Assembly: GCA_029007115.1 (NCBI GenBank)
Contig: JAQXHG010000051.1
Span: 1 to 55,048 of the forward strand
Reading direction: 5' to 3'
DNA length: 55,048 nt
Origin: a bacterium
GTDB lineage: Bacteria > Bacillota_I > Bacilli_A > RF39 > UBA660
The notes beneath the pieces were generated by a model. The model searched no databases. It worked only from the letters and a program-made list of their open reading frames with translations, and had not been told where the DNA came from. This document shows, piece by piece, positions 20,205 to 29,771 of the stretch (positions are counted from its first letter, which is position 1; the number at the start of each line of letters is the position of its first letter). A program made the translations under genes and the position numbers.

Positions 20205-20396
20205 TTAGTATCTTTGCTTATTATGTTTCTTAGCATTTCTAATAGCTTCTTTTTTAGCTTCTCTTCTGATAATTCCTGGTTTGCTGTATTCTTTTCTTTT
20301 TTTCATTTCAGTAGGGACTCCGCTTCTTTGAACTTTCACCTTGAAACGTTTTAATGCACCTTCTACATTACCATCTTTTACTTCAACACGTGTCAT
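20205..20396 (-). CDS. rpsU: 30S ribosomal protein S21
   Basis: MTRVEVKDGNVEGALKRFK...YSKP; true start ATG 20396 after a GGGAGGGG RBS. Confidence 0.93.
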   Translation of the reverse strand: MTRVEVKDGNVEGALKRFKVKVQRSGVPTEMKKRKEYSKPGIIRREAKKEAIRNAKKHNKQRY

Positions 20397-20546
20397 TACA
20401 TCTCCCCTCCCTTCATGACTATAATTGATTATAGTACAAAAATTTAGCAATTTCAAGTAAAAAACGACATAAATCAACAATTTTTTATATAGCAAGAAAA
20501 AAGAACTATTTTGAATTATAATTCTTTACAATAGTTCTATATAATA

Positions 20547-20825
20547 TTAGTAAACACTAACTTGTTTTTTATCTTTTCCTTTTCTTTCAAACTTTACATT
20601 GCCGTCTATTTTAGCATATAAAGTATGATCTTTACCCATACCTACATTATTTCCTGGATAAATTTTAGTTCCTCTTTGACGATAGATAATTGCTCCAGCC
20701 TTAGCTGTTTGTCCATCACTAAGTTTAGCTCCTAATCTACGACCAGCTGAATCTCTACCATTCTTAGTAGAACCAACACCTTTTTTAGATGCAAATAATT
20801 GTATATTTAAATTCATTTTAATCAT
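20547..20825 (-). CDS. rpmA: 50S ribosomal protein L27 with Prp-cleaved N-terminal extension
   Basis: [11 protein letters not shown]|[15 protein letters not shown]; GGAGG RBS before ATG 20825. Confidence 0.97.
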   Translation of the reverse strand: MIKMNLNIQLFASKKGVGSTKNGRDSAGRRLGAKLSDGQTAKAGAIIYRQRGTKIYPGNNVGMGKDHTLYAKIDGNVKFERKGKDKKQVSVY

Positions 20826-21132
20826 GGTCTTCCTCCTTAATAATAATATTTTTATCATAATTGTCTCTAAGTTCATGTATCATATTAACTAGAGTTTTAA
20901 GTAAACTATTTGTTATATTATCTTTCTTAATATTAATGATATTTAAATCATTACTATCAGTATAACTAATAGCATCAATATCAATATCAAGTATTGCATT
21001 TATTGTAGTGATTAACATCGTACTAAATGATGCACATACAATATCTTTACCATACTCATCATAATTAGCATGTCCATGTGCACTAATACTTTCAATGATA
21101 TCATCTTTTTTTACAACTTTTACTTTAATCAT
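20818..21132 (-). CDS. prp: Ribosomal-processing cysteine protease Prp (YsxB)
   Basis: GHA...GKDIVCAS motif; lies between rplU and rpmA. Confidence 0.93.
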   Translation of the reverse strand: MIKVKVVKKDDIIESISAHGHANYDEYGKDIVCASFSTMLITTINAILDIDIDAISYTDSNDLNIINIKKDNITNSLLKTLVNMIHELRDNYDKNIIIKEEDHD

Positions 21133-21431
21133 TATTTTGTTATAGACTTAATAACTATCTTAGTATATGGTTGTCTATGTCCTTGAGTCTTTCTATATTT
21201 TTTCTTTGGTTTATATTTAAATACAAGGATTTTCTTTTGTTTACCATGTTTTAAAACTTTAGCAACAACTTTAGCACCCTTAACAGTAGGAGTACCTACT
21301 TTACCATCAACATATAAAACTTCATCAAAAACAACTTCGCTATCTACTTCATTATTTAGCTTTTCAACATATAGTTCTTGACCTTCTTCAACCATATATT
21401 GTTTTCCACCAGTCACAAATATTGCTTTCAT
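21132..21431 (-). CDS. rplU: 50S ribosomal protein L21
   Basis: TGGKQY...GHRQPYT. Confidence 0.97.
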   Translation of the reverse strand: MKAIFVTGGKQYMVEEGQELYVEKLNNEVDSEVVFDEVLYVDGKVGTPTVKGAKVVAKVLKHGKQKKILVFKYKPKKKYRKTQGHRQPYTKIVIKSITK

Positions 21432-21444
21432 TTAAATTCCTCCT

Positions 21445-21526
21445 TCAATAAGACTCGCTTTTAAGGTAAGTATAAATACTTTTTATTAACCTTTTCGATG
21501 CGGTTGTAGAGAAAGATTTCTACAAA
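21445..21526 (-). promoter_or_regulatory. L21 ribosomal protein leader RNA
   Basis: 5' UTR of rplU with a tgtagaaa/tctaca hairpin, ACCGCA and GCGAGUC elements typical of Firmicute L21 leaders. Confidence 0.6.
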
Positions 21527-21545
21527 CATGAGTATTTTAGCATAT

Positions 21546-22280
21546 TTAACTAGTTCTGTCAAATATATTTCTAAGAATTTTACTCTCAAAACTATTATTA
21601 ATTATATGCGTATAATCCCTATATAATAAATTTATATTATTTACTATTTTTATTTTTTTAAAATTGTAATTATATAAATACCTTTCTAATAAAAATTTAT
21701 TATATTTAATTTTAATATTCATATATTCTAAAACAATATTTTTAATTAAAAATATTGAAAGTACAATTGCAAAAAATGTCTTATTATATAAAGCAAATAT
21801 AACTATAAAGATTAGTGATATTATTATAGATAATATGTTAGATAATTTATATGAAAAAAATAAATCAAGAATTAAATTTAATAACTTTCCTCCATCTAAA
21901 GGTAATATAGGCATAAAATTAAAAGATAATAAAAGTATATTGATTTTCTTAAATATGAAATATGTATTACTCTTAACATGACCATTTAAATATAACTTAT
22001 ATACTAAATAAAAAAATATAAGTTGAAATACTAATCCACCAATCAAACAAAAAAACTCTTTTTTTATACTAATATTAAGTTCACTATCAAATATAGTACA
22101 CCCACCAAAAGGGTATACTTCTATCTTAGATGCTTTAATACCCTCTATTAATCCAAATATATAGTGTCCACCCTCATGAATTATAATTATCAATAATAGT
22201 AAAAAAATATATTCAAAATATCCAGCTAAAAAAGCCAATAATATAAATATATAAGTAGAGTTATGTATTCTAATTTTCAT
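21546..22280 (-). CDS. spoIVFB: SpoIVFB-like site-2 (M50) membrane metalloprotease
   Basis: HEGGH, PFGG, NFMPILPLDGG; Bacillus synteny upstream of rplU. Confidence 0.8.
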   Translation of the reverse strand: MKIRIHNSTYIFILLAFLAGYFEYIFLLLLIIIIHEGGHYIFGLIEGIKASKIEVYPFGGCTIFDSELNISIKKEFFCLIGGLVFQLIFFYLVYKLYLNGHVKSNTYFIFKKINILLLSFNFMPILPLDGGKLLNLILDLFFSYKLSNILSIIISLIFIVIFALYNKTFFAIVLSIFLIKNIVLEYMNIKIKYNKFLLERYLYNYNFKKIKIVNNINLLYRDYTHIINNSFESKILRNIFDRTS

Positions 22281-22821
22281 TTGTTATTGGTTTATCATCT
22301 TTATATAATACATAGTAATAATATTCACTTGTACTACCTAATGCATTACCACTCTCAACATAATCATATAATTTAACACTTTCTTTAATATTTCCATACC
22401 AAGCATAATAACCATTACTTTGTTGTATAATTATTGTATTTCCATAACCTTCTGTTTCTCCAATAAAAGTAACAATTCCCGAATCTTTAATTAACACTTG
22501 GTCACTACCAGTCATATATATTTTTTTCCCATCTTTATATACTTCTACTTTTTCATTTTCATTTTTAATAGCTAATTTAGTATTATTTGTTTTAAATATT
22601 TCCGTTAAACTATCTATAATATTGTTTAATTTACTAAAGTCCATGGTATGGTTAAGCACATCATCAATTAAAAATTCTCTAAATTTTGGACTAAAATTAC
22701 TTATAATTAAAACAATCATAGTAAAAATTGCAACTGTAAAAAATTTACTTATAACATTTTTCAACCAGTTTCTTTTTTTATTATTTTGTTTACTACTATT
22801 TTTATATTCTTCATATGTCAT
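22270..22821 (-). CDS. spoIVFA: SpoIVFA-like protein (TM plus degenerate M23 domain)
   Basis: GIVTFIG...GYGNTIIIQ...WYGN...VKLYDYVESG; overlaps spoIVFB. Confidence 0.7.
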   Translation of the reverse strand: MTYEEYKNSSKQNNKKRNWLKNVISKFFTVAIFTMIVLIISNFSPKFREFLIDDVLNHTMDFSKLNNIIDSLTEIFKTNNTKLAIKNENEKVEVYKDGKKIYMTGSDQVLIKDSGIVTFIGETEGYGNTIIIQQSNGYYAWYGNIKESVKLYDYVESGNALGSTSEYYYYVLYKDDKPITNEN

Positions 22822-22834
22822 ATTAAATACTATT

Positions 22835-23521
22835 CTATTTATTATTCATATATTCATAAAAACTAAAATAATTTTCATCGCCAAATATAATATGATCTAT
22901 AACAGGTATTGCGACTATTTTCCCTATTTGCATAAGAGCACGAGTAACTTCTTCATCTTCTTTGCTAGGTGTTGAATCTCCACTTGGATGATTATGCATT
23001 ACAATAATAGAATATGCGCTTTCTAAGAAAGCATATTTAAAAACTTCTCTTGGATGAACACACGATGAATTTATTGTACCTTTAAATAATAACTTATATG
23101 ATATTAATTTGGATTTGGCATTTAAATATATAGCATAAAAGTTTTCTTGTTTTTCATTAATAAAAATATCTTTAAAGTACTCAAATATCTTTTTAGTATT
23201 ATTTAATTTAACATCATTTTTTTCATTTTTATAATAAACTCTTTTACCAAGTTCTAAAGACGCAAGTAACCAAGTTGCCTTTACTTTACCTATTCCATCA
23301 ATACTTATTAGTTTATTTAATGTAATATTTTTAAGTTCAGTTATATTATTAATCATTTTTAATATTTCATTTGAAAGCATTTTTACAGATACATTTTTAT
23401 TTCCCGTTCTAAGTATTATTGATAATAATTCTTCATTTGATAAATTATCCGCTCCATATTTAATTAATCTTTCCCTAGGCCTTTCATTAACAGGAATATC
23501 TTTTATAAGTATATTTTTCAT
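22835..23521 (-). CDS. radC: RadC (JAB domain) protein
   Basis: ERPRERL, GIGKVKA, VHPREVF, HNHPSGD, DHIIFG. Confidence 0.95.
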   Translation of the reverse strand: MKNILIKDIPVNERPRERLIKYGADNLSNEELLSIILRTGNKNVSVKMLSNEILKMINNITELKNITLNKLISIDGIGKVKATWLLASLELGKRVYYKNEKNDVKLNNTKKIFEYFKDIFINEKQENFYAIYLNAKSKLISYKLLFKGTINSSCVHPREVFKYAFLESAYSIIVMHNHPSGDSTPSKEDEEVTRALMQIGKIVAIPVIDHIIFGDENYFSFYEYMNNK

Positions 23522-23593
23522 ATAACCTCCCATTAATAAATATCAACTAAAAATTTTAAAAACACTTTAAATAAAAAACATTCAAATGAATGT

Positions 23594-24586
23594 TTATTTT
23601 TTTAATTTATTAATTACATTTATAAGAGTATCTGCTTCTATTATTTCTATATCATAGTTATTATCTTCCTTTAATTTAATTGCTTCTTCTAAGTTTCCAC
23701 TAGGAACTATAAATATATCCGCTTTATTTTTTACTGCTCCTAAGAGTTTATACTTAACCCCTGCTATTTCTCCTACATTTCCATATTCATCAACACTACC
23801 AGTTCCTGCAATTGTTAGTCCTTGTGTTAAATCATATTCTGTAATTTTATTATATATATCAAGAGCACACATAAGGCCTCTAGATGAACCACTTTCATTA
23901 TCTTTAAATATATATTCAATTTTAGGATTAGTTTCTATATCTTTAAGTTCTACAAGAGAAATTCCAATAATAATTTTATCATTTTCTTTCTTTAAAATAC
24001 TATAACAATCTTTTAACTCATTTTCTCTTAATACTTTAATGTTTATTTTATCATTTTCTTTAAACTTACTAATTTCTTTTTTTAAAGAAATAAAATTACT
24101 TATTTCAACACCATTAATACTCTTAATAATATCTCCAATTTTCAAATTTGTATCAGCATTATTATAAATATAACTTACTGTTACATCTAAACTTTTAATA
24201 TTATATTCTTTTCCAGCTGCATTAAATGCCGCTATTATAGCATCATAACTAGTCTCTTTTAAGTATACTTTTCCTCTATCTAATATTTCATTTGAACTTT
24301 CATCCTCTATTCTAGATTTATCTAAAGATACAATATCCCATGTTGGAAATAATTTAGCTAGTAATAAATTAACAATAGTACCCTTTCTTGCAGTTACATA
24401 AGTTAAATTAAAACTACCCTCATAATCATAAGAATTATCAACTATTATTCTATCGCTTAAATCTTCAAGACCACCAGGAGCATAAACTTCATAATCAAAA
24501 GAAATAGTATTTATAAGAACTATAAATATCAATAATAAATAAAATTTAAAATTTGATTTAATATTATTAATAACTTTTTCTATCAT
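23594..24586 (-). CDS. ylbL: YlbL/SepM-like PDZ plus Lon-protease domain protein
   Basis: N-terminal TM, APGG, PDZ-like GDIIKSING, SGSSRGL, AGTG, IAGVKYK; divergent from ylbJ. Confidence 0.8.
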   Translation of the reverse strand: MIEKVINNIKSNFKFYLLLIFIVLINTISFDYEVYAPGGLEDLSDRIIVDNSYDYEGSFNLTYVTARKGTIVNLLLAKLFPTWDIVSLDKSRIEDESSNEILDRGKVYLKETSYDAIIAAFNAAGKEYNIKSLDVTVSYIYNNADTNLKIGDIIKSINGVEISNFISLKKEISKFKENDKINIKVLRENELKDCYSILKKENDKIIIGISLVELKDIETNPKIEYIFKDNESGSSRGLMCALDIYNKITEYDLTQGLTIAGTGSVDEYGNVGEIAGVKYKLLGAVKNKADIFIVPSGNLEEAIKLKEDNNYDIEIIEADTLINVINKLKK

Positions 24587-24618
24587 ATTTTTAACCTTTC
24601 CATAATATTATATCACAT

Positions 24619-25536
24619 ATGAACAAATATATTATTTTAACAATAACATTATTTTTATTCTTATTCAATATTGATACAGTATTATTTTCAGTAAAAGATG
24701 CATCTTTATTATTTTTTAATAAATTATTTATATCTATATTTCCATTTATTATACTTTGCGATATTTTAATACACTACAATTATCCATTATTTATTAAAAA
24801 TAGTTTTATAGGAAAAATAATATCAAAAATATTTAACATTGATTATAATTCTACCACTATATTTATATTAAGTGTATTCTCTAGTCACCCAAATAATGCT
24901 ATATATATTAAAAATATGCTAGATAATAAACTTATAGATATTAAAACAGCTAATAAAATATTATGTTTCACTTATTTTCCATCAATTGCTTTTGTAATTG
25001 GTACCATTGGAATAACTATATATAATGATATCAAAATAGGTATTTACTTATATTTATGTTGTTTTATAAATAATGTATTAATTGGATTATTTTTAAGAAA
25101 ACAAACTTGTAATTTTATTTATAATCTTGATGATACACAAAAAAAAGATAATTTCTTTAATCTACTTAAAAATAGTATCATAAAAGCTATTAATAGTTTA
25201 TATATAATACTTGGAAATTTAATTATTTTTACAATTATTTTAAATATAATATATCATTATTTTGATATTACTCCAATTGTAAAATCTATTTTATCAGGAA
25301 TACTTGAACTAACTAATGGAATAATAAATACAAATAATATGAATACTGATATTAATTTAAAAATATATATTACGTCATTTATATTAAACTTTAGTGGACT
25401 TTGTGTATTATTTCAAAGCTTTAGTATTTTATCTGATTATAAAATAGATATTAAAAAAATATTAATAATTAAATTAATATTTTCTTTAATAACTAGCTCC
25501 ATGATGCAAATAGTGTTCTGTCTTTTACCTTTTTAA
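24619..25536 (+). CDS. ylbJ: YlbJ-like sporulation integral membrane protein
   Basis: Polytopic; SIFPF, FVIGTIG, GILELTNG, FSGLCVLFQ motifs. Confidence 0.75.
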   Translation: MNKYIILTITLFLFLFNIDTVLFSVKDASLLFFNKLFISIFPFIILCDILIHYNYPLFIKNSFIGKIISKIFNIDYNSTTIFILSVFSSHPNNAIYIKNMLDNKLIDIKTANKILCFTYFPSIAFVIGTIGITIYNDIKIGIYLYLCCFINNVLIGLFLRKQTCNFIYNLDDTQKKDNFFNLLKNSIIKAINSLYIILGNLIIFTIILNIIYHYFDITPIVKSILSGILELTNGIINTNNMNTDINLKIYITSFILNFSGLCVLFQSFSILSDYKIDIKKILIIKLIFSLITSSMMQIVFCLLPF

Positions 25537-26650
25537 CTTCACCATCTACAACTTCTTCGTATTCAATAAAATATGTGTTTGTTACTAGAATATTACCATT
25601 TTCATCAATTATTTGAATATCCTCATAACTACCATCTTCACGATTAATTCTATAATAATATCCATTAAATTTATATGCACTACCATCTTTTTTTACTGCC
25701 ACTGGTATATTTAATTTTTTTATTTCAGTTAATTGGTTTGTCTTAACGCCATCCTTTTTAACATAAACATTAAAGCTTACACCATATTTAACAACAATTT
25801 CATCATAATATGAAGTTATTGTTTTTGCATCTTCAATAGTCTCATTTGAGCTATCTAACGTTAACTTTATTTCATCACCTATAACCATTCCAGGAGGATA
25901 ACTTGCAGATGAGTAAAGGGTTATTCCATATGTATTATCATTTTTATCAACAGTATCATTTATTTGTAAACTTAAAGATGAAATAACATTTCTATAAGGA
26001 TTAAGTTTATTAATTGGATCAACAAATTTATTAGCACTTTCAAATTCATATGTGGTATATGACATTTTTCCAAAATTGTAACCTACTGTATGAACCCTAT
26101 CCTTTTTTAAATCAGTATTTTGAGTCAATGATAATGTTTTTATATATATAAGTTCACCCTCATCATTTTCTGTTGTATCTAAATATTTTAAAGTTGTTGT
26201 TATTGTCTTAATAGGACAATAATATGTACATGCAGAATTACCGCTAGATGTATCTATTTGCATACATTTCAAATATGTATCACAATATTGCCATTGTTCT
26301 TCATCTAAACTAACTTGTTCATTTGAAGCATTAATTCCCCTAGTATATAAATCTGATAGTTCATTATCAATTATAACTATTCTTCTTCTTTTACTATTAC
26401 TAAGAATTATATCACATCTATCTCCTTCAATATTACAGCCAACATATCTTATCCCACCGTTATCGTATAAGTCATTATTAATTATTCGCGATATACTTGA
26501 ACTAAATATTAAAGCATCTGTATTTTCATTAACTTCTGAATATGTATTTCTTAATTTTACTAATGAAGCCAACATAAAAGTAAGAACAACACTTACTAAT
26601 ACAATACTCATAATCACTTCTACTAAAGTAAACCCTTTCTTATTCATCAT
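25493..26650 (-). CDS. Prepilin-type N-terminal protein with a C-terminal B-repeat-like domain
   Basis: KKG|FTLVEVIMSIVL; C-terminal IP...YKFNGYY...IIDENG...TLFASW. Confidence 0.75.
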   Translation of the reverse strand: MMNKKGFTLVEVIMSIVLVSVVLTFMLASLVKLRNTYSEVNENTDALIFSSSISRIINNDLYDNGGIRYVGCNIEGDRCDIILSNSKRRRIVIIDNELSDLYTRGINASNEQVSLDEEQWQYCDTYLKCMQIDTSSGNSACTYYCPIKTITTTLKYLDTTENDEGELIYIKTLSLTQNTDLKKDRVHTVGYNFGKMSYTTYEFESANKFVDPINKLNPYRNVISSLSLQINDTVDKNDNTYGITLYSSASYPPGMVIGDEIKLTLDSSNETIEDAKTITSYYDEIVVKYGVSFNVYVKKDGVKTNQLTEIKKLNIPVAVKKDGSAYKFNGYYYRINREDGSYEDIQIIDENGNILVTNTYFIEYEEVVDGEVKKVKDRTLFASWS

Positions 26651-26879
26651 ATACCTCCGATATATTCTATATAGTTATAATAACATTTTAACATAATTAT
26701 TTCAATCATATTTTTAAACATTAACCACCAATAAAATATTAAAAAATAAATTATTAAATTAAAAAGCACATAAGTGCTTTTTAATTACCTATTTCATAAT
26801 TACATTCTTCTTATGAATATTAAACTTATAACTTTATTTTGTATAGATATGAGATTATCTTTCTTTTATATAGTACTTT

Positions 26880-28094
26880 TTAATACACTATATATGGATC
26901 TTCCATATATCCAGTTCCTCTATCTATTAGGGCATCTGATTTTATAGATATTACTGGTCTTATAGCATATTCTTGATCAACATCCGAAGACATTATTGCC
27001 CCAGTACTAGAAACATTAAACACTTTCGCACTGTTTTCATAACTATCTGGACTCATTGTCCAATAATTTATATTATTAAATAAAAAATATTTATTATTAG
27101 ATTTATTGTAAGCTCCACCTGCATATCTAACTTCATCAACACTTAATAATCCAACTGGAGTAGAGATAGAATTAGGATTTGAATTAACACCACCAACAAT
27201 TACAGATAAAGAATATTCATCATCAATGGAACTGCAACTAAATTGAGGCTTTTGATTTAGATTTATTCTTAATCTAGAACCATATATAGTTGAAATTACA
27301 CCATATCCACTTGTAGTTATGTCTTCTACGCTTCTATCTGCGCAAAATATAGTATCTGCTATATAAGCATCTTTAACACTAATTTTATCACTTAAATCTT
27401 CTGAATATATTATATTTGTATATGAAGATAAATCAGTATTATATTTATACCAATTTTCAAGTTCTTTTTTTATTTCACTTTCAATAATATTTTTATCTTC
27501 ATCATAATAATGAGTAAGTTCATAATTATCCTTACTAGCGCCACCATATGTATATCCTACATAAGCATTATCATTTTTATTATTGTTATATTTACTCATT
27601 CCTATATAAGTCTTACTACTTGTACAGAAACCATTATCATCTAACATTCCACTATATACAAGTCTTATTGACCCATCTAAATTAGTATGAAGTATTTTCC
27701 AACATATTTTATTTCCAATAGTATTTTCATCATCTTCACTAAATTCTCTTCCAAATAAAACATAATTGTTGCTAACTTCTCCCCTATAAAAATAAATTCT
27801 TTTATCAGAACTTATATCTTCATAAAATAATCCTCTGCCATTTGTACTATTAGCAATATTAGAGTAATTAATACTATTTGTAGAAAGTGTTATATTATCT
27901 GATAACATTTTATTAAGCAAAGTACTTTTTCCTTCTTCTTTAGCACCTATATTTATTTCAATTTTATCATTAATAGCTTCTAAAAATTTATTTTTATCAC
28001 TATAAGAATTTAAAATTGCTAACATAATAAATAAAAATATTATCAAGAATGAGTACACAACCGCAGTAGAAATAAACCCGTTTTTATTCTTCAT
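26880..28094 (-). CDS. Minor-pilin-like protein (no E5) with a DUF6273/CLec-like C-terminal domain
   Basis: KNG|FISTAVVYSFLIIF; WKIL...GSIRLVY, VGLLSVDE, YWTMSP, IRPVISIK. Confidence 0.65.
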   Translation of the reverse strand: MKNKNGFISTAVVYSFLIIFLFIMLAILNSYSDKNKFLEAINDKIEINIGAKEEGKSTLLNKMLSDNITLSTNSINYSNIANSTNGRGLFYEDISSDKRIYFYRGEVSNNYVLFGREFSEDDENTIGNKICWKILHTNLDGSIRLVYSGMLDDNGFCTSSKTYIGMSKYNNNKNDNAYVGYTYGGASKDNYELTHYYDEDKNIIESEIKKELENWYKYNTDLSSYTNIIYSEDLSDKISVKDAYIADTIFCADRSVEDITTSGYGVISTIYGSRLRINLNQKPQFSCSSIDDEYSLSVIVGGVNSNPNSISTPVGLLSVDEVRYAGGAYNKSNNKYFLFNNINYWTMSPDSYENSAKVFNVSSTGAIMSSDVDQEYAIRPVISIKSDALIDRGTGYMEDPYIVY

Positions 28095-28158
28095 ATTTAT
28101 CTCTCCTTACTTTAATTTAATTATATAATAAATAAAAATAAAAATCTACATTTGTAGA

Positions 28159-28977
28159 TTATTTATTTTCATTTACTACATTCATACTTGAATATATATA
28201 ATTAAAATTATTCTTTAAATTAACAACATTAATATACTCATCATTAACAAATTCAATCTTAAGTGGTAATATCAATAAAACATTTAATAATAATTTTTCT
28301 TCATCAAATAAATTCATATTTTCATTATAAACTTTAAGCAAATATTTAAAATTTAATTTATATCCTTCTTTTTTATAAAATTTATATAAATCTAATATAG
28401 GAGTATCAACTAAAGCCCCATCAAAACTAACTAAATAATCAATATCTGACTTAATAAAATGTTTGAGTGATAAATTATTATGAATAACACAAACTCTTTC
28501 ATTTTCTTTATTTTCTACTTTTTTAAACCATTTTTTTAATGTACTTTCAGCATAGTTTAAATTACTCTGTATAGCAGAATAATTCCTAGCAAATAAATAA
28601 TGAGAAGGACTCATAAACATTTCATTTTCTATTTTATCAATTAATTCTAAATAATATTTTTTTAAATATTTTATATTTCCATATAAGCTATTATATATTT
28701 TTTTATATTTATTTTTACTAACATCTTTATAAAATATAGTTTTACTATGCATTAAAGATACCAACTTAATAAATTCAACACCTTTAATTTTTTCATAATA
28801 TTTTTTACTTTCTATATATTCATATGTAATAAATTCATCATCTAAATCAATTATCTTAGGATAATTTTCAAAATCAGTTGTAGCAAATATATCATAAATA
28901 TCAATTATATTTTTATTATACTTTTTCTTTACTTGATTTTCATTTATTTTTACACTATTAATATATTTTTTACTCAT
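28159..28977 (-). CDS. ysxE: YsxE/CotS-like spore coat kinase-fold protein
   Basis: MSPSHY, VCVIHNNLSLKHF, LVSFD...DTPILDL; downstream of spoVID. Confidence 0.72.
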   Translation of the reverse strand: MSKKYINSVKINENQVKKKYNKNIIDIYDIFATTDFENYPKIIDLDDEFITYEYIESKKYYEKIKGVEFIKLVSLMHSKTIFYKDVSKNKYKKIYNSLYGNIKYLKKYYLELIDKIENEMFMSPSHYLFARNYSAIQSNLNYAESTLKKWFKKVENKENERVCVIHNNLSLKHFIKSDIDYLVSFDGALVDTPILDLYKFYKKEGYKLNFKYLLKVYNENMNLFDEEKLLLNVLLILPLKIEFVNDEYINVVNLKNNFNYIYSSMNVVNENK

Positions 28978-29707
28978 TTAAGCTAGGAATAATTATTTTA
29001 TCTCCTATTTTAATGTCATTAACATCATTATATTCTTTTAAATCATTAATAGTTACATTATATTTATTACATATAGTTTCTATAGTATCTCCTTCTCTTA
29101 CAATATATACTTTATATGTATAATATTTATTCTCTGTATTAATTATATTATTTGTTATATTAGTTATATTTGTACTTAGTTCATTATCTTTAATAGTAGT
29201 AATATCATTATTTATTTCTACCTCTTCTTCATTTTTAATATTATTTAAATCAATATCATTAAAATAATTATCCATAAAATCATTCTCACTTTCATTATCA
29301 ATTATAATTTCTTGAGTTTTTTCTTTCTTATCATTTTCATTATGAATTTCAATTTCACCATCTTTTTCCTCATCTTCCTCTTCTTCAATTTCTTCTTCAC
29401 AAGTAAGTTCTAAATCTATAGATACACTAAGTACATCTTTATTAATATTATAATTAAAATCTTCTATTTCAATATTTATAGTATCTCTTTGTATTTTTTT
29501 AGAAATAGCAATTGAAAATGGTAAAGAATAGTAGAAATCTTCTTCTAATATACTTGCTTGTGTCATTTTATAAGACCCTGATATATCAACAGACCCATTA
29601 ATTAAATCATTATCTATTTTATAATCATGATCTAAAGATATATTAGTTATTTCACCTATTTTAGTTTTAAAAATAATATCTTTTTTTAATGGAATAATTT
29701 CCCTCAT
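28970..29707 (-). CDS. spoVID: SpoVID-like morphogenetic protein (N-domain, acidic linker, LysM)
   Basis: ISLDH...ISGSY N-domain; C-terminal YIVREGDTIETICNKY LysM. Confidence 0.72.
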   Translation of the reverse strand: MREIIPLKKDIIFKTKIGEITNISLDHDYKIDNDLINGSVDISGSYKMTQASILEEDFYYSLPFSIAISKKIQRDTINIEIEDFNYNINKDVLSVSIDLELTCEEEIEEEEDEEKDGEIEIHNENDKKEKTQEIIIDNESENDFMDNYFNDIDLNNIKNEEEVEINNDITTIKDNELSTNITNITNNIINTENKYYTYKVYIVREGDTIETICNKYNVTINDLKEYNDVNDIKIGDKIIIPSLNE

Positions 29708-29771
29708 ATATATCTCCTCTCAATTAATAATATGAAAAAAAATATCCTTTATGAATTATATAAAGAATATT

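Noticed and set aside
20397-20876. Apparent long N-terminal extensions of S21 (to 20495) and L27 (to 20876)
   Set aside because: ORF-caller artefacts; RBS-supported starts are at 20396 and 20825. The remaining short L27 extension is the known Prp-cleaved peptide.
25493-25536. 44-bp convergent overlap of ylbJ and the prepilin gene as antisense regulation
   Set aside because: Short 3' overlaps are common in compact genomes, and there is no further evidence.
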